A stretch of 64,000 bases of DNA from assembly GCA_044222185.1 (NCBI GenBank), contig JBGANV010000004.1, positions 64,001-128,000 on the forward strand, written 5' to 3'. The position numbers and the translations under genes are program-made. Every line of letters begins with the position of its first letter. The stretch's first letter is position 1. This DNA is from Planctomycetota bacterium. Its GTDB lineage: Bacteria > Planctomycetota > GCA-002687715 > CAIWVZ01. Of this stretch, positions 56,683 to 64,000 are shown piece after piece. The notes beneath the pieces are model-generated. The model had not been told where the DNA came from, searched no databases, and saw only the letters and a list, made by a program, of their open reading frames with translations.

Positions 56683-58278
56683 ATGAGAACGGGCTACGTG
56701 AGAGCGGCGTCATTCGTTGTCTGCCTGGTCATGGCGTCGATGGCGGCGGCACAGAACGGAACCAATGGTGCTCCAGGGGATGCGTCTCACCCCGATGGGT
56801 ACCCGGGCACCGCCGGCGGCTCGGGTAGCCTCGGCGGAAACGGCGGCCGCGGCGGCGACGGCTGGGCCGGATCCAGCAATGCCAACGGCGGCGCAGGCGG
56901 GAGTGGGTCCGGCTACCAAGGCGGCGGAAACGGCGGCGCTGGTGGAAACGGCGTGGGGCTGGGCGCCGGTGGCCCCGGTGGACCGGGTGGAATCACGGGT
57001 GACGGCGGAACGGGCGGAGTCGGCGGATCCAACGGCGGGATCGGCGGGGCGGGTGGATCGGCGTCCTCAGGGAATGGCGGAACCGGAGGTCTCGGTGGTT
57101 CGGGGGGCGGCGCCGGTGGAGCCGGCGGGTTCTCCAGCGGCGGTAACGGGGGGACAGGCGGCCAGGGCGGATCTGGCGGCGGCCACGGAGGAGACGGCGG
57201 AAACACAACCGCGCCAGGCGCGACCGGCGGTACCGGCGGCCTGGGCGGTTCCTCCGGAGGAACTGGCGGAAATGGTGGGAACGCGTCGGGGTCCGGTGGC
57301 AACGGTGGAGCCGGCGGGCCCGGCAATTCCGGCGGCGGCAACGGTGGAAACGGCGGCACCTCGGCGTCCGGAGTCGGCGGCAGGGGTGGTGACGGTGGAA
57401 GCGGCGGCGGTAATGGTGGGAACGGCGGTAGTTCGTCGTTTGGAAATGGTGGCCCCGGCGGGAACGGTGGTCCTGGTGGTGGGACCGGCGGTAACGGCGG
57501 CAACACATCGTCCGGCACTGGCGGAGTCGGCGGGACCGGTGGCGCCGGGGGCCCCGGAGCAACCGCAGGTGCGGGCGGGCGCGGTGGCAACGGAACCGGA
57601 GCGAACTCCATCGGCGGCGTTGGCGGCGCCGGTGGGGCCGGCGCGAATTCGGGCCAGCAGGGCGGCAAGGGCGGCGATGGCGGGTCAGGTGCGGGAAGCG
57701 GAAGCGGGGGCGTCGGCGGTGCGGGCGGTAACGGTGGGCCGGGGAGCGCGCCGGGTGGCACCGGCGGCCAGGGCGGACCCGGTGGCGGCGGGAGCAACGG
57801 TGGTGTTGGCGGCAGCGGTGGCACGGGTGGCAAGGGCGGCACCGGTGGGCAGCCGAATGGCGCTGGCGGAACCGGTGGCCCGGGTGGTGACGGCGGTCCC
57901 GGTTCAACCGGCGGGGTTGGTGGCGCCGGTGGCGACCCGACCGGCACGGGTGCCGGCGGCGATGGCGGCCAGGGTGGCAGGGGCGGGAGCGGTATCGGGC
58001 CGAATGGCAACGGTCGCGACGGTGCTCCGGGCGGCGTGGGCGCTTGCGGGTGTCCCGGTGGAAAGGGGGGCAAGGGAGGGACCGGCGGAACGGGCGTCGG
58101 CACGGGGAAGGGAGGTAACGGCGGCACCGGTGGCGTCGGCGGCAAGGCCAAGACCGCGGGTTGCCAGGTTGGCGACGGCGGCCCCGGCGGCGATCCGGGC
58201 GCCGGCGGTCCCGGCGGGACCAGCGGCAAGCCGGGCGCGTTCGGCCCACGAGGGTCCGGCACATGTTCGCAGCAATAG
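56683..58278 (+). CDS. Secreted glycine-rich (Gly-Gly-X repeat) protein
   Basis: Signal peptide ending AAA-Q, then about 500 aa of GGxGGxGG blocks separated by short linkers; four Cys in the C-terminal part. Confidence 0.8.
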   Translation: MRTGYVRAASFVVCLVMASMAAAQNGTNGAPGDASHPDGYPGTAGGSGSLGGNGGRGGDGWAGSSNANGGAGGSGSGYQGGGNGGAGGNGVGLGAGGPGGPGGITGDGGTGGVGGSNGGIGGAGGSASSGNGGTGGLGGSGGGAGGAGGFSSGGNGGTGGQGGSGGGHGGDGGNTTAPGATGGTGGLGGSSGGTGGNGGNASGSGGNGGAGGPGNSGGGNGGNGGTSASGVGGRGGDGGSGGGNGGNGGSSSFGNGGPGGNGGPGGGTGGNGGNTSSGTGGVGGTGGAGGPGATAGAGGRGGNGTGANSIGGVGGAGGAGANSGQQGGKGGDGGSGAGSGSGGVGGAGGNGGPGSAPGGTGGQGGPGGGGSNGGVGGSGGTGGKGGTGGQPNGAGGTGGPGGDGGPGSTGGVGGAGGDPTGTGAGGDGGQGGRGGSGIGPNGNGRDGAPGGVGACGCPGGKGGKGGTGGTGVGTGKGGNGGTGGVGGKAKTAGCQVGDGGPGGDPGAGGPGGTSGKPGAFGPRGSGTCSQQ

Positions 58279-58479
58279 TCGCTCAGCCGACTTCGCTCGG
58301 TCGCGGTCCGAGCGAGTGAGCTGAAACCCGACAGGTCGCCGCTCGTGTCGAAGCCTTGCGAGCGGCGACCTGACGGAACCTTGGAAGGCTCTGGAGTGAG
58401 CAGGTTCGCGTCATACCGGATCGACCGGAGACAGATGCACCTCGTGTTCTCGAAAACCAGCTGTTTGGAGTGGATTCCC

Positions 58480-59097
58480 GTGAGCAAAACACGTTTGAAT
58501 TTCCTGTCGATCTTGGGGCCGGCAATGGCACTGGCGCTCTTCGTTGCCGCAAAGGGTTTGGATGACGGCCACGGCGGTTTCGCGGAACCGAATCCTCAGG
58601 GCGCGTCCCGGGCTCCGTCGGACGGTGGCACTGCAACGTTGTTCAGCCAGGATGAGCTCATGTGCGCCTACAGCTTCAGGAGATCCGAATACGGTCTCGT
58701 CGTCCAGGACGGCCGGCCGGCGAACAAGTCGACGGACATCATGTTCGACCGCTATGGCCAAGGCGTTCTCGCCATCGCAGTCGAGAGCGGAAGCCTTGGC
58801 TCGATCGTCGACGTCGGTCCCGCGCTGATGAAGAACACGGACCAGTCCGTGTTCTGGTATCTCAAACGGGATGGGCAGAAGGTGACGTGCGACGGAGAGG
58901 CGACGCCTGCGTTCGAGACGGTCGACTTCTCGGCAGTGGAAGCGAAACCTACGGCCGCCGCACCAGCGCTCGTCGGCCACACCTACGTCATCAAGTGCAG
59001 CTATGCTGATCAGACCAAACCTTTCTACGCTGCGGTCCGGGTCATTGCGATGACGCCCCAGCAATCGCTGACGTTGCGCTGGCGCCTCTTGGAATGA
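58480..59097 (+). CDS. Hypothetical exported protein
   Basis: Hydrophobic N-terminal segment and a globular beta-rich sequence (GHTYVIK...VRV...LRWRLL). Start is uncertain (58480 GTG or 58525 ATG). Confidence 0.65.
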   Translation: MSKTRLNFLSILGPAMALALFVAAKGLDDGHGGFAEPNPQGASRAPSDGGTATLFSQDELMCAYSFRRSEYGLVVQDGRPANKSTDIMFDRYGQGVLAIAVESGSLGSIVDVGPALMKNTDQSVFWYLKRDGQKVTCDGEATPAFETVDFSAVEAKPTAAAPALVGHTYVIKCSYADQTKPFYAAVRVIAMTPQQSLTLRWRLLE

Positions 59098-59139
59098 GTG
59101 CGGTGTCAACCGATCGATGAATACGACAGGGAGCCGACG

Positions 59140-60738
59140 ATGCGACGCGCGGTGCTGACGACCCTATTGATTGCGGTTGGCGCGTTCGTCGTCGTTCGCT
59201 CCTGTTCGGACGACGGTCCGCGCGGCGCGCCACCTCCGGCGCGTCTCGAGTCGACGCTGGAACTCACGCCGTCCTCGCGGCCTATCACGAAGGCGCGTGT
59301 GCCATCCGAGGAACCGGCCACATCGGCGCCGGGGAAACCGGAGTCGATCTCCTGGACGATCTTCGTGTTCGATGACGCGACATCGCTTCCGATTGCCGTA
59401 CCAGTCGACGTCATCTCCGTGTCCTCGACGGATGCGTCCTTCAATGTGTCGCGGTTCACCGATAACACCGGCGCGCTCGCCGTCGAATCAGTCCCGGGCC
59501 ACTACGGGGTCACGGTCAATCGGAACCCAGGTCGGCGGATTGCGGTGTATGAGGACGCGAGCATCGACGTCGACGCCCGAGATCCGGATCAAGCCGTGGA
59601 AGTCCGGCTCAAACGTTCCGATGCGACGTGTTCGGTCGAGGTGCGTGATTCGCTGGGGAAACCGATCAGCGGCATAGACGTTCGCGCCGTTCCTCAGCAG
59701 ATGCTCCGCACGACCGACTCGGAAGGAAAAGTCTCGTTCGAAGGCCTTCCGCGCCGCGAGGTGAGGATTCAGGTCGAGTCCGGCCGCGAGCGTTCGGACG
59801 TCTGCATTCCCGCCTCACTGCATCAACTGGTCGACCTGTCCGCCAAGAACAGCGACTCGATCACGTTTGCCCTCCCGAGGTGCGAGCGTGTCGTGTTCAC
59901 GGTGACGATCGGTGCGAATGCCTCGAACCTGCCTGACGTCCTCGGGCGCGTGGTCCTTGCTCCAATAACGGCCGTCTGCAACACGCACGCCTCCGGGACG
60001 CTGCTTCGCGGGCAACCCCTCAGTCTGAACGTGCCCGTCGGTACGTATCGGATTCAGTGTGAAGCCGCTGACGGCGTTCCCCTGGCGATCCGGGCGGACC
60101 GCGACGAACTCCGCGTACGTGGTGGCGGTGACGAGGCCGTTTCGATCAACCTCGAGGCCGGCAAAGGCGTACTCGTCGGGACCGTGCTCGGACTCGCCGA
60201 GAAGCCCGTTGCGGGTCTGCGGCTGCGCGTGAACTCGGCGAAGGCCGACGGAACTTGGGATCAGTTGGGGGGTGGACATCGCGCCGTCACGGATGACGCG
60301 GGGCGCTTCGTCGTGTCCGGCTTGCCGGAGCGCGCGATCCAGGTGTGGCTGTTCGTCGACCAATCCGAGGCTGGTAACGACCTCGCGTTCCCGGGGACGG
60401 CGGACGAGCCATACGTCGTGTTCCCAAGACCGGCCTCCGATGCCGTGATTCGATTGGAGCGTGGCTACGTGATTCGCGGCCGGCTGAAAGTCCGGGACCG
60501 TCTCGTGACGGAGGGGCAGGTGTCGATCGACATCGAGCGCATCCGTGGGGGTGCGGAACGATCCCTTGGCCCCGGTAACGGCGGCGAATTCAGCTTTGCT
60601 CACCTGCGACGCGGTGTCTACCGGCTCCGATATCGCGACGCGAATGGTGCCGCGGTCGGGGTCTCCGAGCCGGTCGATGTGAGCTCCGAAGCCGACGAGC
60701 GCGGTGTCGTCGAGCGGGCGTTCATCATGCGCGACTGA
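59140..60738 (+). CDS. Carboxypeptidase-regulatory-like domain protein
   Basis: N-terminal anchor; repeated TD-x-x-G-x-x-x-F and PG-x-Y modules; GGAG SD before ATG. Confidence 0.7.
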   Translation: MRRAVLTTLLIAVGAFVVVRSCSDDGPRGAPPPARLESTLELTPSSRPITKARVPSEEPATSAPGKPESISWTIFVFDDATSLPIAVPVDVISVSSTDASFNVSRFTDNTGALAVESVPGHYGVTVNRNPGRRIAVYEDASIDVDARDPDQAVEVRLKRSDATCSVEVRDSLGKPISGIDVRAVPQQMLRTTDSEGKVSFEGLPRREVRIQVESGRERSDVCIPASLHQLVDLSAKNSDSITFALPRCERVVFTVTIGANASNLPDVLGRVVLAPITAVCNTHASGTLLRGQPLSLNVPVGTYRIQCEAADGVPLAIRADRDELRVRGGGDEAVSINLEAGKGVLVGTVLGLAEKPVAGLRLRVNSAKADGTWDQLGGGHRAVTDDAGRFVVSGLPERAIQVWLFVDQSEAGNDLAFPGTADEPYVVFPRPASDAVIRLERGYVIRGRLKVRDRLVTEGQVSIDIERIRGGAERSLGPGNGGEFSFAHLRRGVYRLRYRDANGAAVGVSEPVDVSSEADERGVVERAFIMRD

Positions 60739-61446
60739 GAATGGGCGGTGGGTCGAACTCGTCGACGGACGGTTCCCTCTGAACCGCAGTGCCACTCCAG
60801 GGGGATGCTCGCGCGTGGGAGCGATGGGCTCAGTGGAACGTTCGTCGCGCGCGATGGCCATCCACCTGCTGGGCCGATTCCAGGTTCGCGATCATGACGA
60901 CGAGAAGGCCCCTGCAAGGTCGGCTGGAGGCGTCGTCCGCCATCGGAAGTGACTGGGTGGGCGCGATGGGATTCGTTCGATCAGGGGTGAACGCGCGCCG
61001 CTCGAAGCCCTGTCGGTCTCGACTCGCGGCTCACGGCGCGCTTCACGCGGTGAATTCCGGCTCTCATCGATCGCTCGGGAGTTGCGGGGGATTTCGTTTC
61101 GCCCTCCGCCGCTCGTCAGCTCGCAGCGGGTCACGGGGGAGTCTGCGGCGAGTTCGGCGAACGTTGGCCTTGCGTTGGCCGAGGGCTGACGCAGTTGCCG
61201 GAGCTTGATTGATCGACGGCGATGTCGAGCCTCTCGATCGTACACGCCGACCGGAGCCGTGGCTGACGGTTGGATCGGTATCGGCGGCGATGCGCGCGCT
61301 TGACGCCACCGGCCGCACCTTCCGTTGCTCCGCGGCTCTGCCTGTCCGCGACGACGCTGCGCACGCTCCTTGATCCGGCGGGTCGGCGGCGACGCGCGCC
61401 CGCGGTCGGACGCGATCCCCTCGAACGGGTCGCGAGGAGACCGTTC

Positions 61447-62657
61447 ATGCAAGTCGACGTGCTGGTGGGTGGCAGCGAACCACGCGGCGCATGGTTCAGG
61501 CACGTGTCTCTCGGCGTCGCGGCGATGATGTTGCTGGGCGCCGGAAACTCCCTGGCGCAGCAGGACCGCGTTGGCCGCACCCGCAACCTGGCGTGTCACG
61601 TTCTCCACTTCGCGCCGGGCGACGACCGCGCGGCCTCGTTCATCCGGTCAGGCGCCGTCACCCGCGTCACCGACTACGGGGCCTTCGTCCGCGTCGTCGT
61701 CGAGTCCGCACGAATGGGCCGCGCCTGGGATCCAGCCGCCGTCGCCGACGCGCTGTGGGACGACGAGCTCGGGGTCGACTTCAATGGGTCTACGGTGCCG
61801 ACCGATGACCCGTCATCCCGCGCTCGCAGGACGCCGTCTCCGCGGCGTGGCGCGAGATCGAAACCAGCAGCCGGGCGTTGGTCGTCGTCCGACTCGAAGG
61901 GCCCGTCACGGCCGCGGGGCGTGCGCGCCTCGATTCCGTCGCGCGCGTGATCATGCCGCTGTCGCGGAATGCCTACGTCGTCTCCGTCGATCCGACGTCC
62001 GCGCCGGCGTTCGCGGCATTCGTCGTGAGCGACGAGATTCGCGCGTCGTTCCCGTTGCACGCGTGGTTCAAGTTCTCTTCCGAGCTCCGGCTTGCGGACG
62101 CAGGCGCCGCGTCGCACGGGAGCGCAGGGCGTGACGTCGTCGGGCGGTTTGACGCCATCGCCGTGGCGCGCGCGGCGCGGGATCCGTCCGCCGTCTCGAT
62201 CACGCCGTGGGCGAATCCCGTCCCACTCGACGAGATCGCGGGACAGATCCTCGCGGAGAACCTGGATGCGAGCTTGGACCAACCGACCGTGCCGGGGTAC
62301 TCCGCGTGGCTCGCCTCGAAGGGATTCCAGGCGTCCGGGCAACTCGACTTCGTCGTCGACGTGACGGATTCGGGCTTCGATCGCGGGTCCGTCACGGACG
62401 TCCGCAACGAGTTCCGGGTGGGCGGCCTCGCGACCGGCGCGAACCGGCTCGTGTATTCGTGGAACCGCTCGATCGAACCGTCCGCCCAGGACTTCGAGCT
62501 CCCCACCTTCGACGCCCAAGGTGTCTTCCAGTCCGTTCCGTTCACGCTCCCGCTGCCCGCGCTCGGCGCGAACGTCGCCCTGCAAGCCGTCTACGTCGAC
62601 GCGACCGGCCCCCTCGGCACCCGCCTGACCTGGGCGCCGAATCCGTTCACGCTTTGA
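61447..62657 (+). pseudogene. Degraded S8 (subtilase)-like secreted protease: frameshift plus large internal deletion
   Basis: SD GAGGAG, signal peptide and propeptide; frameshift near 61810; Asp motif VVDVTDSGFD present. The expected His (HGT) and Ser (GTS) motifs are absent, and the sequence jumps to the C-terminal domain. Confidence 0.6.
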
Positions 62658-62706
62658 GGGGGCCCTTGCGGTTGGCGATGCCGTGGACGACGATCGGAGA
62701 CGTCAG

Positions 62707-63780
62707 ATGCGTACCCTCCTCGGACTCCTCGTGCTCACCCGCGTTGCGGTCGCGACGACGTCTCTGGCGATGGGTCCCTGTTCGTTGCGAGCGGTTGGTC
62801 CACAAGAGTCCCGCGCGACGTCACGTCCAGAGATCGACGAGGCCACGTTGGTGTCGACGACGCACCGTGGACAGCGGCTGCTCGCGGACGACGCAGTTGC
62901 GACCGCGAGGCGACTCGGAGAGATCACCGCAGCCCGGGCTGCGCGACTCCAAACCGCGGTGCAGAAGGCTCACGCTGAGTGGGCGGAGGCGTCGAACAGC
63001 ACGATCCGCAGGGTTGCGACGGTCGTGGCGCAGAGCCCCGCGCCTGACCGGATCCAAGACCCAGCGATCCGAGCGAGGATCGAGCAGATGGGACTGCCAT
63101 GGAGAATCAAGCTGACGCGGTCCATGGTGACGATGGTCCTCATCCCACCAGGGAGTGGATATGTCGGCGCCGGTGGTTGGGAGCGTGACCGACAGGCTGA
63201 TGAAGGGCCGATCCGTCGGATCCGTGTCTCGACGCCCTTCTACATGGCTGAGCAGGAGGTGACGCAGTCAGAGTGGACTCGGATGGGGGGTGTCGTCCCG
63301 CCTGGAAACACGCCCGGTGACGATCTCCCGGTTTGTGATCTGACGTGGGCGGACGCTTCGGCGTGCTGCGAACGAAACGGCGTCCGGCTGCCTTACGAAT
63401 ACGAGTGGGAATACACCTGCCGGAGCGGCGAAAAGGACGGCCAGTACGGTGCGCCGGCGCGGATCGCGCAGTGCATGGCAAACCGCGACGGTCGGAGATA
63501 TCCGTTCCCTGGCGGGCGCCTCCCGTGCAACTCGTTCGGGGTCTTCGATATGCTCGGAAACGTCTCGGAGTGGTGTCGCGACGAGTTCAGCGTGAACTGG
63601 CTCGATGCGATGAAAGACGACGCGGTGGATCCAGCAAATCCGGGCGCGGGTCCCGGCCGGGTGCTCAAGGGCGGGGACTTGTACTCGGGGACGACGATGT
63701 TGGCTGCGTGGAAGCGAACCTGCGGACAGCAGGACGCGCAGCTCATGCTGGCAGGCGTTCGCATCCTGATGCCGCTTTGA
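62707..63780 (+). CDS. Formylglycine-generating enzyme (FGE/SUMF1) domain protein
   Basis: MVLIPPG, EVTQ, RLP.E.EWEY.CR, N.FG.FDMLGNVSEWC.D, RVLKGG. Confidence 0.85.
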   Translation: MRTLLGLLVLTRVAVATTSLAMGPCSLRAVGPQESRATSRPEIDEATLVSTTHRGQRLLADDAVATARRLGEITAARAARLQTAVQKAHAEWAEASNSTIRRVATVVAQSPAPDRIQDPAIRARIEQMGLPWRIKLTRSMVTMVLIPPGSGYVGAGGWERDRQADEGPIRRIRVSTPFYMAEQEVTQSEWTRMGGVVPPGNTPGDDLPVCDLTWADASACCERNGVRLPYEYEWEYTCRSGEKDGQYGAPARIAQCMANRDGRRYPFPGGRLPCNSFGVFDMLGNVSEWCRDEFSVNWLDAMKDDAVDPANPGAGPGRVLKGGDLYSGTTMLAAWKRTCGQQDAQLMLAGVRILMPL

Positions 63781-64000
63781 CGGTCGGGCGTACGCGAGGT
63801 CGTTTGCGGTCCGAATCGACCGGCCGAGCGTCCATCGGGTCAGTGGGGGACATGCCTTTGCGTTGCGGCGCACACGGTGCAGTCGGCGCGGGACGTCGTG
63901 ACCGAGAAGCAGGCGAGCGGCTTCGATGCGAACGTAGCCGTCATTCGCGCCTCGCGCGCCAGCCCCGTACGACGACGCGATGATGAGTTCCGCACGAGGC

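Noticed and set aside
56683-58278. Collagen-like protein
   Set aside because: The pattern is mostly Gly-Gly-X in short interrupted blocks, not a long continuous Gly-X-Y.
56913-58487. Pro-rich 524-aa ORF on the minus strand
   Set aside because: Antisense shadow of the Gly-rich gene (GGN codons read as NCC/CCN); the plus-strand ORF has a signal peptide.
60740-61440. Possible ncRNA or small genes in the long intergenic region
   Set aside because: No recognisable tRNA, riboswitch or coding signature by eye; an Rfam/Infernal search is needed.
1-64000. Numerous long overlapping Arg/Pro/Ala-rich ORFs in the six-frame track (e.g. 1664..4219, 5850..7967, 23079..25250, 37212..39575)
   Set aside because: Shadow ORFs expected in high-GC DNA; each overlaps a motif-supported gene in another frame.

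Overview
High-GC bacterial window. The gene content (secreted multi-domain proteins, DUF1570-like gluzincins, carboxypeptidase-regulatory-like proteins, ECF sigma, FGE domain) suggests Planctomycetota; this is an inference. About 41 genes are supportable. They include many peptidases (M1, zincin, astacin M12A, M48 plus an inactive paralog, two gluzincins, S9, an S8 remnant), a B12 radical-SAM/GT2/GT-C glycosylation operon, a CDP-deoxysugar operon, a MacAB-like exporter, ispG, a ubiE/menG-type methyltransferase and a Tat-exported amine oxidase. The top finding is a hidden selenoprotein at 33808-32513 (-). Two ORF-track fragments join in frame through a single TGA in a thioredoxin-like, SelN-like Cys-Sec motif, and a SECIS-like hairpin starts 11 nt after the UGA. 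Other notable signals: a roughly 110-aa domain shared by five unrelated secreted proteins (candidate sorting or anchoring domain); an operon of two exported PspA-like coiled-coil paralogs with a substrate-binding protein-OmpA fusion; a secreted Gly-Gly-X protein; a REP-like palindrome family; and two frameshifted genes. No rRNA, tRNA, CRISPR array or transposase was recognised. All product calls come from motif recognition by eye, not from database searches.
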